DNA of 62,865 bases, the filler included, from Circinaria calcarea (lineage: Eukaryota): assembly GCA_051942165.1 (NCBI GenBank). It is 46 parts of 46 records of this genome, joined end to end, with 100 filler letters (N's around TTAATTAATTAA, not from the genome) between each part and the next. Parts side by side here need not be neighbours in the genome. Positions count along the whole stretch, not along the records: positions 12,431 to 13,709 come from JAVECS010004994.1; positions 13,810 to 15,087 come from JAVECS010004995.1; positions 15,188 to 16,465 come from JAVECS010004996.1; positions 16,566 to 17,842 come from JAVECS010004997.1; positions 17,943 to 19,218 come from JAVECS010004998.1; positions 19,319 to 20,590 come from JAVECS010004999.1; positions 20,691 to 21,962 come from JAVECS010005000.1; positions 22,063 to 23,334 come from JAVECS010005001.1; 38 more parts are not named here. The stretch is one strand, 5' to 3'. The notes beneath the pieces were generated by a model. The model did not search any database. It was given only the letters and a program-made list of their open reading frames with translations, and was not told the DNA's origin. Positions within the stretch are counted from its first letter, which is position 1. Each line of letters opens with the position of its first letter. The position numbers and the translations under genes are program-made. This document shows positions 12,431 through 24,649 of the stretch, piece after piece.

Positions 12431-13709
12431 TGTTTGGAGGAGATTGATGCATGCGTCGTCAAGGGCTATGAGGTCATCTACTATGGGCGGGGCGTGGAGA
12501 TCCCATATCCAGCAAATGCCGTAGAGCAGGGGAGGAGGCCGGAAGGGAGAAGCTTCCACCATGGAAGATTCATACGGAGGTTGCGAGAAGCGGCAATGAA
12601 AGAACCGAATATCACAGTGGTCGAGTCGACGGTCACGGGAACTGTGAAAAGTGGATGGACCGGACAGGTTCTGGGCGTGGAAAGCTTGACGCATGGGGAG
12701 AAGGACTATTACTTTGGCGCTCTGACAATAATTGCGGATGGATATGCCAGCAAATTTCGGAAAGAGTATATATCACAATCGCCGGTTAGCAAAAGCAAGT
12801 TTTGGGGCTTGGAACTGAAGGATGCCGACTTGCCCAGTTTCCAGCATGGTCATGTCGTTTTGGGCGATGGTGCTCCTGTCCTCTTATATCAGATCGGCAC
12901 ACACGAGACAAGAGCTCTCATCGATGTCCCCGAAGGACTCCCAAGCGCCAGCACCGCTAACGGAGGTGTCAAAGGTTATCTTCGAAACACCGTTCTCCCC
13001 AGCCTCCCCAAATCAGTCCAAAGCTCATTCGAATCAGCCCTTGATGAAGGAAAGTTGCGAAGTATGCCCAATTCATGGCTTCCACCTAGCAGGAATCGAG
13101 TACCCGGAATGATCATACTAGGCGACGCGATGAACATGCGTCATCCTTTAACAGGCGGCGGCATGACCGTTGCTCTCAACGACGTGGTCATGCTTCGAGA
13201 CCTCCTCTCCCCAGACCAAATCCCCGACTTAACCAACACCAGGCTCATTATCAAACAAATGAAGACGTTTCATTGGCGCAGAAAAAACCTCACTTCCGTC
13301 ATCAACATCCTTGCTCAAGCTCTCTATTCCCTCTTCGCCGCAAACGGTATTTCCCTCCTTTCCTTTCCCCTCCCACTTCCCCTCTTCCTTTTCACAAAAT
13401 CAACCCCCAACTAACCTCCCCGCCTTCCCTTCCAGACCCCCAACTCAAAGCCCTCCAACTCGGCTGCTTCCGCTACTTCCAGCGTGGCGGCTCCTGCATT
13501 GACGGTCCCGTCGGCCTCCTCGCCGGCATCATCCGCAACCCCCTCGTCCTCTTCTACCACTTCTTTTCCGTCGCATTACTAGGGATGGGCCTCGTCTGGC
13601 GCCAGTTCCCGCTCTGGCAAAAACCCCAGGCGGCGCTCGAATGCGCGCTGGTGTTTTGGAAGGCCTGTGTGGTTCTCTTTCCGTTTGTGATTAGTGAGGG
13701 GAGGGGGGG
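12431..13709 (+). CDS. ERG1: Squalene epoxidase (partial); intron 13347-13435
   Basis: GRSFHHGRFIRRLR, IIADGYASKFRK, GDAMNMRHPLTGGGMTVAL, INILAQALYSLF, LFYHFFSVAL. Confidence 0.97.
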
Positions 13710-13809
13710 NNNNNNNNNNNNNNNNNNNNNNNNNNNNNNNNNNNNNNNNNNNNTTAATTAATTAANNNNNNNNNNNNNNNNNNNNNNNNNNNNNNNNNNN
13801 NNNNNNNNN

Positions 13810-14095
13810 GGGCCCTGAAGACGAACTCTACCCCGTCAAGGGAGCTTGGCGCCCATTTGAGTTTGGAGCGAGGAATTGCATTGGCCAGGGGCTTGTGATG
13901 CTGGAGCTGAAAGTAGTGCTTGCGCTCGTGGTTCGGGAATTCGATGTCAATGGTGCATACGAGGATTGGGATCTCCTGCATCCGGTGAAAGGGAATGCCA
14001 TCACAACTGTGGATGGAGAGAGAGCGTATCAGATTGAAAAGGGGGGAGCGCATCCAGCGGACATGTTCCCTTGCCGGGTGTCGTTTAGGAAGTGA
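13810..14095 (+). CDS. Cytochrome P450, C-terminal heme-binding end
   Basis: [23 protein letters not shown] (FxxGxRxCxG). Confidence 0.92.
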
Positions 14096-14388
14096 GATTA
14101 TATTCAACGGAGTAAACAAGACAGGCAGAGTCAGCCGACAACTATCAAACTCAGAAGCACTTTTGCATAAAAGAGTGATGTTCTAACGAGATCGATCACC
14201 TTGTGCATTTTCCAAATCGCTCCCGTAACCCATGTCTCTCCAGTTGAAGGCAAAACTGGAAGCAGGCGAAGCCGTCTCAAAGTCCAGTATTCCCCAAGTT
14301 CCCAAATCAACCATTTCTCATTCAAGGATCTTTTCATAATCCTTTCAGAGTTTCTCTTTTACTGGTAACTTTTCTTTCTTTCCCCAAA

Positions 14389-14435
<47 letters not shown>
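14389..14435. repeat. (AATC)n microsatellite
   Basis: Read directly: about 11-12 tandem units. Confidence 0.95.
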
Positions 14436-14436
<1 letters not shown>

Positions 14437-15187
14437 CCTTCCCTTCTGCACCTTCGAACAAGCCCAACTCACCCACCCATTTCCATCACCCCCCTTCAGA
14501 TGGCTTTTCCAAATAACGGATCGGATCGGATTAGAGGAGGAGAGGGAAGGAGAGGGCAGGGGACACGCCCGAGTTTTTTCAGATGATTCAGACACGACAC
14601 GGCTGTCCCCGTTGCGCGTTCAAGATAAAAAGGGTACTAGTACTGTACTGGTACGTTCGGCCCCCCTCCCTCCCCTTTCCATTTAACTCTTCACCTTTTG
14701 TTTGAAAGATACGTATTCCCGCATTTCAAGAGGCTTCTGTGGGGGGCTGGAATGAGGCCGTAAAAAGGTGGGGCGGATGCTTAGGGAAAAGATAACAGCG
14801 TCGACGGGTATTTGGGGAAGAGGATGGAAAGGGGGAAATGCTAAATGGATCGAGGGAATGGGTGCATCCTTCGATGCAGAGGATTCTGGGTCTACCCATA
14901 TAGCGAGTACGGATAGGGCAGCGTAAAGGTGCAAAATCTTCAACGCGTGCAAGCGATATGTGTGCAAATTCAATCTTGCTTTCATATGGTGTTGACTAAT
15001 TGCTTCATCAAGCAAGTCCTCAACCTCACAAATTCAGCAGGAAGAACCCGTTCCAATCATCCCCGACATCTCCATTTCGAAAATTACNNNNNNNNNNNNN
15101 NNNNNNNNNNNNNNNNNNNNNNNNNNNNNNNTTAATTAATTAANNNNNNNNNNNNNNNNNNNNNNNNNNNNNNNNNNNNNNNNNNNN

Positions 15188-16226
15188 GGTCAGGAAGACA
15201 TTCTGACACTCGCTGATTTGCATTGAACGCGAGCAGGGAGGGAGACGGGGCTCCACGAACTGGATCAGGGGTCATGAAAGGATCCATGGTGGTTGATGAG
15301 GTCCACGGTATTGTACGCATCTCATCAATGTATCCACCGAAAGAGCTGGGCCCAGCAATGCTTTGTATGGTCGTGTGTGAACGTAAAGCTGCAGGTTGAT
15401 TGCCAGCTGCCATAAAGTTTCGAGTCCGACGTCCTGCTGAGCGGCTTGGGAGTATTGTACTGGAGGATTCAGCGGATTCACATCGGTTATGTGACATTCC
15501 TTGGGTGTGAGAGCCACTCGTAGGTACATCACTTGATACCTGTGTACCAACTCTTGCACCTTGGTTGTGCGCCGCGATGTGTGCCTGAAGATTACCGAGC
15601 GCTATGTTGTTGGAGGTTTGATCGCTCGTGGCTGTAGGCTGGTTTTGTGCTGCGAAATGGCGTTGAGAATTACTCGACGCTGGATTACTTGTAGTCGGAA
15701 CGGTAGTGGCGGCACGTTGACTGTTCGCTACATTGTGCAACTGAGAGCTGCCTGACGCCATGTTGCTTAAGGTCCGGTTACCTGTGGTGATGTGCTGATA
15801 GTTTGCTGGGCTCTGTATATGAGAAGGACGTGACGCCATACTTCCTAGAGTCTGAGTACCAATGATGCCATGTTGATGATTTGTTGCACCGTGTATCTGG
15901 GAACTACCGGATGACAAGTCGCGTAGATTTTGAAAGCTTGGAGTGATCCTTCGATTGTCTGCTGCACCGGGTGGTAGATCTCGACTGCCACTTGTAGTTT
16001 GGCAATTGTTTGCTGTACCATGTACCCGAGAGCTACTGGATGGCATGTCACTTAGGGTGTGATCGCCAGTGGCGGTCTGTTGAACGTTCGATGCACCATG
16101 TACTTGGGAGGTATCAGATGTCATGTATCTAAGAAACTGACTGCTCGAAGCTGCAGGTTGGTTACTCGTAAGGACAGGCGTTAGCGAGTCGCCTGAAGCT
16201 AGATTGTCTGACATCTGATTATTCAT
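15188..16226 (-). CDS. Hypothetical S/T/N/Q/H-rich protein with degenerate 26-aa tandem repeats (partial; probably has upstream exons)
   Basis: Uninterrupted frame of about 345 codons; periodic SQxHGxxNxQxxxTGxxTLSxMASxS units. Confidence 0.65.
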
Positions 16227-16639
16227 TAGTTGTCCTAGCTCACTGTTGGGCGACTGCAGTGTGATGTTCGGAACTCGGGCGTGGCCTTTGGGAAATATAC
16301 ATTAGCCTTGCTCAGAGATATATGGAACAGTTACTTACCTTGACCTTCGTGAGCTCCGCTGGAGCTACGTGCAGAAACGGTAAGTGTGTTGTTCGACCCT
16401 TGAATTCCACCTGTTGTGTGAGCTCCACTATTATCTAACATGGCTATCTCACGAATAGCGTCCAANNNNNNNNNNNNNNNNNNNNNNNNNNNNNNNNNNN
16501 NNNNNNNNNTTAATTAATTAANNNNNNNNNNNNNNNNNNNNNNNNNNNNNNNNNNNNNNNNNNNNCTATGCGTCCTCACCATAAGTATATTCCTAATAGA
16601 GGGAGGTGGTAACCCCGCCAAACAAAGGTGCTCCCCTAC

Positions 16640-16881
16640 TTTTGCTCCCTGATTCCCTTTCCCACTTTGATGAAACCATATGTCATGATAGCGCCGACAG
16701 CGAGGAGGTAGTACGCCGGGCGGAAGCCGCGAGCCGGTAGGTTGCGCTGCGGAGTGACGTTAATTTTGCTTGATGAGATGGAGGCAATTGGTGTTAGTTG
16801 GGAGGTGGGGAAATGGGTGGACTGACTGACCTTGTATTGAATTGGCTCGTATCCACCCGCCGGGGGCAAATCTTGAGGCAT
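16640..16881 (-). CDS. NDUFA13: NADH:ubiquinone oxidoreductase subunit A13 (GRIM-19), 5' exons; intron 16747-16830
   Basis: MPQDLPPAGGYEPIQYK|RNLPARGFRPAYYLLAVGAIMTYGF. Confidence 0.93.
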
Positions 16882-17033
16882 CGTGTCTCTACTCGTATGG
16901 TTCAAGATTTTGGGCAGGAAGTCTGGGATGGGTATTTAGATGAGAGGTTCAAGCGGGCCTTTGATTCGCCGATCTCCGACCAGTTCATCAACATTTGATA
17001 TGAACTTTAGGGCAAGCCACAGTTATCTTGATA

Positions 17034-17842
17034 ATGGAAGCACAAGGACGACCTCTGAAGAAGAGAAGGGTCAGTCACTCTCCTATTTCAACCCCAAATG
17101 ATACCAAAGCGGAGACTAGAAACTCAGACGTCTGTAATGTACCAGGATTAGAGCTTGATCCCGTGACGGATCCAGCCAGTGAAGACAAGGATATCTTGAG
17201 TACGCCCGATTCATTAAGGAATGGAGGCGTGAGCATTCCCAAAGATACTGCAGAAGATGCCGCAGTTCTGGATACGTCCGAAGACGGGACTACCACCGAA
17301 CCCCCGCTATCTAAAAACCAGCTCAAAAAGCTCAAACGCCAACAGGAATGGGAAGCCAGTAAATCAGCAAGAAGAGTAAAGAGAAAAGCCAAAATCAAAG
17401 AGAAAAAAGAGCGGAAGCGGAACGCTCTTGAGGAAATAGCAATTCCCCGCTCGTTGCCAGCAGATGGCCACCCTGAAGGAGAGGGTCCCGCACAGCAGGG
17501 GGAAAAACGCCCCCATCGCCGATCCGTTCAATTACCCATTACCTTTGTGCTCGACTGCGGGTTTGATGACTTGATGCTGGACAAGGAGCGGATTTCATTG
17601 GCAGCCCAGCTTACGCGGTGCTACTCCGACAACCATCATGCGCCGTTCAAAGCGCACATAGCCTTCTGCTCCTTCGGCGGGCCTTTGAAAGAGAGGTTCG
17701 ATACCGTCCTTTCCGGGCACTATCAGAACTGGAAGGGGGTACGGTTCCTCGCAGAAGATTTTGTGGAAGCCGCCGGGCAGGCCGAGGAATGGATGGCCGG
17801 ACACCAAGGAGGCACCCTCTCTGGGGCTTTTGCCTCGACCGA
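17034..17842 (+). CDS. TRM10: tRNA (guanine9-N1)-methyltransferase, 5' part
   Basis: PLSKNQLKKLKRQQEWE, FVLDCGFDDLMLDKERISLAAQLTRCYSDN, HYQNWKGV. Confidence 0.93.
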
Positions 17843-19099
17843 NNNNNNNNNNNNNNNNNNNNNNNNNNNNNNNNNNNNNNNNNNNNTTAATTAATTAANN
17901 NNNNNNNNNNNNNNNNNNNNNNNNNNNNNNNNNNNNNNNNNNCCCCCGGGGTGGAATAAAAGTCCCAGCCTCTCCATCGCAACCTCGTCTTCCCCGACTC
18001 CACGTAATAAATAGCAAAACGAGATCAGAACCATCTATTCCCGGGTAGACTCAGAGTCCCTATGCGGCAAGGCAAGCCCGGTAAGAAGAAGAGATAGAAA
18101 ACAAAATAAGGCGGGCGGATTCGGAGTTAGGATAGGAGATATTGTGCGGGAGGCCCGAAGAGTGGATAGGAAAGTTGAGAAAGGATAGGACACAGGGGGT
18201 TGGGACTTGCGAGAAGCTGAGGAACGAACGGACCTCCTCTCGTATACTCCACTCCCCGTCCCGGCATACCCACCCGGAACCTCCAATACTGAAAAGTATC
18301 CACATTGAAACTGCTTTTCCGGACATTCAACAAACCAACCCGCATACCTGCACACACTTCATTTATCTTCCCCCCCTCCCTTTCCTTTCCTCCTAACACG
18401 CACAATAGCACCCACAGCCGAAGCCCAACCCCGACCCCAACAACACGCAAATGCCTACTCCCTTCCTCGCTTAGTCCTTCCTTACCCATCCGAGTGAATA
18501 AGCAGAGCAGGAGTAGCTGCGAGAGCCCGAGGAGTCGGCTAGTAACCCGGGAAAGAAAGGAAGAAGGAAGGGGGGGGGTGTCCCTTTTGACGTCAAACCA
18601 AACAAGGATAGGAGAGGAAGGAAAGAAACGATCCTTCCATCTTCATTCTTTTGTCCTTTTCCTATCCCGTATCTGTTGAACGTTAGACAACTTACCTCAC
18701 CTCACCTCATCTCACTTCCCTAGCCTATGGTCCCATCTCCCATCTTCCATCTTCCATCACTCGGACCCCTTTTCCGGCACTTGCACTCATTAAACTCCCA
18801 CGCCTTAAGCTGGCTAGAGTGATAATAGAAATAGATTAGGAGAGATGTGTATAGGGACGTGTATGGGACAGGGGAGAAGCGTGGAAGCAAAAGAGGAATG
18901 GGTATGTACTGGGAGTTATGGACTTTCCGTCATAGTTTGTTTGGGGATGCTAACTAAGTGAGAAAAACTGGATTGGGAAAAAGGAAAGGTGGTTAAAATG
19001 TGAGGTTAGGGAGTACTATAGATGGTTCTAAAAGACCGGGTCAACCAGCTCAGGAATAAGAAAGTCAAGATCACAGTACGCCTGCGGGGAACATGGAAC

Positions 19100-19218
19100 C
19101 TATAACTTCGCCTTCTTCCCGCCCTTCACCCCCGAAACAGCCTCTTCCGAAAGCAAGAAATCCGGATACTCGAACCCGGCGCCTGGATTCCCGCTTTTCG
19201 TTCGCCAGGCCGCTCCAT
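19100..19218 (-). CDS. SPS19: Peroxisomal 2,4-dienoyl-CoA reductase, C-terminal end with PTS1 (-AKL); missed by the ORF track
   Basis: GAAWRTKSGNPGAGFEYPDFLLSEEAVSGVKGGKKAKL*. Confidence 0.7.
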
Positions 19219-20730
19219 NNNNNNNNNNNNNNNNNNNNNNNNNNNNNNNNNNNNNNNNNNNNTTAATTAATTAANNNNNNNNNNNNNNNNNNNNNNNNNN
19301 NNNNNNNNNNNNNNNNNNGGGTGGAGGGGGACCGTAGCGGGACCGCAGTTGACGGGTTAAGCAGAGTGCCAGCCGCGTTGATCGAGCAGTCCGGGAATAT
19401 TCATCCCCTATGATGGGAGTAGGAGGAATTCCCCGGTTAAAAAGCGGGATAGGTAGAGCAAGAGCGGTTCCTTGCTTTTTTAAATTTTAATAATCTGCAG
19501 AAAACAAGCGGGAATGGGGGGGGGGTTCTTTCTCATTCGTACACGATATATAAAATAACATAAAATCCTTGGGACAAGGGATGAGAAATCGAACAACCCG
19601 GAAAAATTTTACATTTTACATTACCCCAAGTTTGCAATTGCATAGCCTAAACGCTCTATTTCCAGGAGGGGGGGTACCTGAAGGAATATAATTATTATAA
19701 GGTACTAGCCTGTAGCACCCACTAAATATGGTAGGTTGATAACTGAAGCTATTAGGCCATGTTTATTATCTTAAAGATCATCGTTGTAATAAATCACTAT
19801 CGTAAAAACTTATTAACATAGATAATTGCTGCCGTCACGGAGGGGTCCGGGAGATTTGGTAACCCCCCTAAAAAAAGTCTGAGGAAGGAGATTCATTCCA
19901 TCATAATGCCATCACCCGTTTTCAAAAAAAATAAAAAAGAACCAAAAAAAACAAAGGTCCCCCCGGATCTCCAGAAGAATAGGGCGTGCACAGCCAAGCC
20001 AAGCCATCCACCAACGCCTTAACACCATAACGACAAAAGGCCGAAAAAAAAAATCCTCGATTCGGCTTGGCGGGACCAAGTGTGGGGTGTCTTTTGATGG
20101 GTAATGTGTTCGAGAAGCACGCCGGCAGGTCAGGCGCCGGTAGGATGGTGCATACGGGTGTGTATCTGTAATTCCCCAGGGAAAAAAAAGGTGGAATTTT
20201 ACGGGGGTTAGCTCAGCCGAATGGTAAAAACTGGTGTGTTAGCCATTCATAGGTCGAAGGAAGCGGTGGGCGATATCGGGCCCATATATATATTGTATGG
20301 GCAGTGTGTCATGATAAAGATTAGCAATCTCCCTTCAAACACTAAAGCGCAGTAGTGGGGAAGAAATCAAGCGTGCCATCATAGAGCCAAGCGTTTCACA
20401 AAGGATCAATTTCAATATAAACATCTAGGTATGAGGTGGCTATGCCGTACAACCCAACACTCCATTGGGACCCATGCCCACCTACAATACAGTACAAGAA
20501 CGGCTCCATCAGCCCCACCAAGCCCATGTTTACTCGTTCGCGGCCTCTTCGAGCAGGAGCTTGAAACTGAACGGCTCAAAGGCTACACCGNNNNNNNNNN
20601 NNNNNNNNNNNNNNNNNNNNNNNNNNNNNNNNNNTTAATTAATTAANNNNNNNNNNNNNNNNNNNNNNNNNNNNNNNNNNNNNNNNNNNNGTGTGGTCAA
20701 GACCTTACAGTACTTTACATTGGAGAATTG

Positions 20731-20848
20731 TATTGTCACTCATTACTTTGCCAAGTGATTGGTATAGAACCCTCGTGCATATTACAGAGCCCCTGCCTTA
20801 TACCAGTGACTAGCATTGCCTTTGCCTAAGAAGCTTAGGGACGTAACA
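20731..20848 (-). mobile_element. LTR family A fragment (terminus TGTTACGTCCCTAAGC...)
   Basis: The reverse complement closely matches the sequence starting at 35513; TGTTA/TAACA retroelement-type terminus. Confidence 0.75.
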
Positions 20849-21122
20849 TTTGGGTACCTATTTACATATTATTTTAAATACCATTTTAGGTACCATTTTG
20901 AGTAATATTTTAAATATTATTTTAGGTATTATTTTATATGCTAATTTAAATACCCTAAATCATACGCTGCGCCACTGTCAGAAAAGATCTTATTAATATT
21001 CTTTTCCACCTTCTATTTTAAATATAATTTTAAATAACGTGATTCATATATTGCGCACGACTAGAAGAAAATAGACTCGACCCTATTAATACTTCATTCC
21101 ACCTCTTATTTTAAATACAGTA
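20849..21122. mobile_element. RIP-degraded repeat, possible DNA-transposon end with two 34-bp subterminal direct repeats
   Basis: AT-rich; 20991-21024 and 21084-21117 are 28/34 identical with mostly C/T differences; ends CAG-TA; 12-bp tandem units near 20875-20935. Confidence 0.35.
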
Positions 21123-21494
21123 CTTGGGCGGTGTAAAAAGCTAAAGATTAGCTGCGTAAATCGCTGATTTTAAAATCCTTAATACCTTTTAGTGTATAGA
21201 GCTAATAATTAGCGGATCGTGGGTGGTATTTTTTCGAGATGTCAAAAAATTAAGCGAAAGCCAGCTACCTCAGAAATAGGGATGGCATGTTGTAGACTCG
21301 GATGAAACTGCCTGTACTGATAACGTGATTCGTAGTTTCTGAAGCCCTTATTTCTTTTTTCTCTAGGTAGAAATCGAAGGCCTTGAAGTGGGTTTCTATA
21401 AGACCGCATGGGAAATCTGCCTGTGGTGACCTCATCTTGCGCCAACCATGCCCTTGAAACCTTCCGCAATGCATTCATTCTCCTATTGTCCCGT

Positions 21495-21962
21495 CTAATG
21501 CAATCGGCGGAGTGACTCTACCATACTCGTGATATCCTCAACCCCGACACCTAGGCCTTCGATTATCTCCTCCTGTACGGATGAAGAGCATTCCAGGAAT
21601 TTCTCAATCAACTCTCCATCTACGAACCGATAAGGCTCTTCCGCTTGTCGAACCTGGTTCTTGTATGCTCGGAACTTATTGAACGGTATGTCTCCAGGGC
21701 TTTGGACGAACCTAGCGATACTGCTTTGGAGACGCATCAGGAGGTCTTGTTTCTCCGGTTGAATAAGTGCAAAGAGATATATGGAACCCTCGACCTAGAT
21801 CGGACATGTCAGCCTGCCTGTCGTCTGTACGAGGAATCGGGGATATATACCGTAGCTAAAAAGGCTTTCGGTGTGACGGTAGAATTTTGAGAGGTTGGCA
21901 CGTTGATTCCACGTATCTTGTTTACCATCTCTCCCAAGAGAATCTCACTGGTGACCTCCAGC
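21495..21962 (-). CDS. DDB1: DNA damage-binding protein 1, C-terminal part; intron 21795-21850
   Basis: LGEMVNKIR, AFLAT|VEGSIYLF, EEPYRFVDGELIEKFL...VESLRRLH*. Confidence 0.9.
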
Positions 21963-22062
21963 NNNNNNNNNNNNNNNNNNNNNNNNNNNNNNNNNNNNNN
22001 NNNNNNTTAATTAATTAANNNNNNNNNNNNNNNNNNNNNNNNNNNNNNNNNNNNNNNNNNNN

Positions 22063-22256
22063 ACAGCTGCAGCTGGTGTTGGCTTGAGTAGGAGGCTGGC
22101 CGAAAGCGAGGGCTTCGGACCAGGCCGTGTTGGTGGAATATCTCTCTTTCCTTCAGCTAAATCTTGAACATGTTCTACTGGTATAGCAGCCTGAGTTAAT
22201 GGACGAATGTATAGTAGAAGTATAGAAAAGGGTAGGGGCCGTCGCCGTAATTTCAT
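22063..22256 (-). CDS. 5' end of a putative secretory-pathway protein with a signal-peptide-like start
   Basis: MKLRRRPLPFSILLLYIRPLTQAA..., open to the contig end, divergent from the gene at 22627. Confidence 0.45.
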
Positions 22257-22626
22257 GCTGTGAGCTTTGGCGGGGCCGTTGGATACAGGAGCTGAGGACG
22301 ATTCAATGATTGTAGGCTCCTGTAGCTAGTCGATTGAGTCTAATTGGACAGCGCAAAACGAGTGAACGATGAGTCGGCTAAGGAATCCTTACACAAATGT
22401 GGGAAATATGCTCCTGATGGACAACGATCGTCAGGTCTGCTTTATGGTTACTTCGTCTGAACGGGAGCATTCGGGGCTAGTAAGGTTCATGTCACGTGAC
22501 ATGGAGTTTTCCAATCGCGACAACCTTATTTACACAACATCGCGAGCCGAGCAGTGTATGGGTCGTCCCGACAGCTCTCGTCTTTCCTTCAAACACCGAA
22601 CTTTCTAATAGGTGCCCCTTGGTTCT

Positions 22627-23334
22627 ATGGCTGAAGGTAGGCCTGCACGATCTTCAAGCCGGCGAGAAGCACCTCAAGCTTCCATCCGCAGCAAAGCGCC
22701 CGGTCCACCTCAACAAACTAAGCGCATAACACGTAGTCAGAGCCGTGAGATCAGTGATGTCGAGACGGGGCTTAGGAATGCACAGGAGGTGCGTCGTAGC
22801 GCTAGAGGGACAACTACAGTTAGTATCGGCGCCAGAGGGGTAAGCAGAACAAAACAAGACACTCGGGGAAGACTTGCACAGGGTATTGCTATCCTTTACC
22901 ACCAATTATTCTACTAGAGCTTAAAATTCACACAATACTAGATCTCTCAACTGTTATCGAGGCCGAAAATTCAGCTATCAGATACCCCAGCCTCCCTGCA
23001 GAAGACAATGGCAGAAATAAACAACGGGAAGGTATAGATACCAAATCTCCGGGAAATATTTCAGCCATATCTGGTACGTCGGCTCAAACATCATTTTCCG
23101 CGCAGGAGCTTGCAGATATGGATTCGGATGAAATGCTTGACGTCCTACCAGACCTTTGTGATGCAGCCGACAAAATACTCAACTTTGCTGTACATCAGGA
23201 TAAGACTCCAGAGAGTACTTTAATAACAATTCAAGAGTCGCAAGACCATTCTTCGAGAGTTCATAAGACCCTCAAACGACTTGGCGACTCCCTTCAGCTT
23301 CACAAAAGGCCGTTCGGAAACGAGTTATATGTCA
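22627..23334 (+). CDS. Hypothetical protein, 5' part; intron about 22883-22941
   Basis: MAEGRPARSSSRR...TRSQSREISD; a GT-AG intron restores the frame to SAISGTSAQTSFSAQELADMDSDEMLDVLPDL. Confidence 0.6.
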
Positions 23335-24560
23335 NNNNNNNNNNNNNNNNNNNNNNNNNNNNNNNNNNNNNNNNNNNNTTAATTAATTAANNNNNNNNNN
23401 NNNNNNNNNNNNNNNNNNNNNNNNNNNNNNNNNNCCTGGGGTGCCTGAGGTATAAAGGTACGTTGTAGTGATTGAACAGGAGGCTGGTATGCAAAAGTCG
23501 CTGCCGAAAATAACAATATAGTACTGGAAGATCCAGGAAATCATAGTTTATCAAATAATCAGAAATCTTGATCGTATAGACATCCGGAATAAAAACTTGA
23601 TTTATATGTAGTGAGAGCGTAGCAACATCTTTGTTGAAATAGATTTCGGTGTGACTAGCTAAGCTGTCAGTGACTTTGGCAGCCCTAAGGTAGGTCAAGT
23701 TTACCTATTATTAGGACCCCCCATTCAGCCCATCAACTAAACAACCCCTTCCCGCCTATCATTCCACCCACCAACCATCTAATTCCTACCACCATCCCCT
23801 CCGCCAATTCCCGCCCCAATCACCAGCAAGCCTACCATTCTCCACAGCCCAGGCTCAGAGACGCCCTGACATTGCAGTAGGTGGGCCATCACCAAACCCC
23901 ACCTACGAATCAAACGAGTGGCGACTAAAGTGGAAACCTGTCGACATGAGACACACCACACTCACTTTGATCCTTTTTAATTTAGAAACTTGACAATGCA
24001 GCCATCCCGGAAGTAAACGACTGCTAACAGGGCGGCTTTTTGCTCCACATCTCAGCCTCGCTATATTTATAGCATTTTCCATTCCTTATCCACACACATT
24101 CTCGCCGCCATTTTGCACATTGCCTTGGAAGACGTAGTGCCCCCCTCCCTGTAACGTTCCCCTTTTTTCTCTGCCCGATGCGCCGCAAGTATCTTTGTAT
24201 GCTGGCCCAGCTGCCGGAGAACCTAGCCTCAACCTCATCATTCGAAATCCGAGAATCACCTATCATAAGCATGCGGCGCCTCGATAGTGCATACCTAGCT
24301 AATGAGCTATTCGGAAAACTCGACATATGGTCAGAAATCGTTCCGATAAAAACGGAACCTATCACATCGTTGTCTTGGTCCAATCATAGTCCATTCATAC
24401 CTTTCGAGAACGAGAGCTAAAATGGTGTTTTGCGTGCCGTGATACTCCACGAAATACTCCACGCCACCTTTTCAGCCTCCATCCAACCCTCACGATTAAA
24501 AAAGCTCACAAAACCTCTCCCTCTCCCTCTCCCACCAATATCACTAAAACCCCCTTCAGC

Positions 24561-24649
24561 ACGGACCCCCTAGTATTAAAAGGGTCCGTCCCCACAGATT
24601 TAGGCTGTCGCGCGCATTCCCAAGTTTTTTTGTTTGGATCACCCGCGTG
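24561..24649 (-). mobile_element. Truncated copy of the CAC-ended MITE at 39061-39211
   Basis: Reverse complement CACGCGGGTGA...GAATGCGC...ACAGCCTA...AAATCTGTGGGGA.GGACCCTT aligns with 39061-39150. Confidence 0.7.

Noticed and set aside
12431..14095. Squalene epoxidase next to a P450 as a triterpene cluster
   Set aside because: They are on different contigs separated by a linker; adjacency reflects length sorting only
19667..19869. AGGGGGGGTACC ... GGTAACCCCCCT inverted pair as a MITE
   Set aside because: The match is mostly homopolymer, with no target duplication and no second copy
20203..20280. GGGGGTTAGCTCAG...TGGTA tRNA-like 5' end
   Set aside because: No GTTCRA T-loop and no complementary acceptor stem downstream
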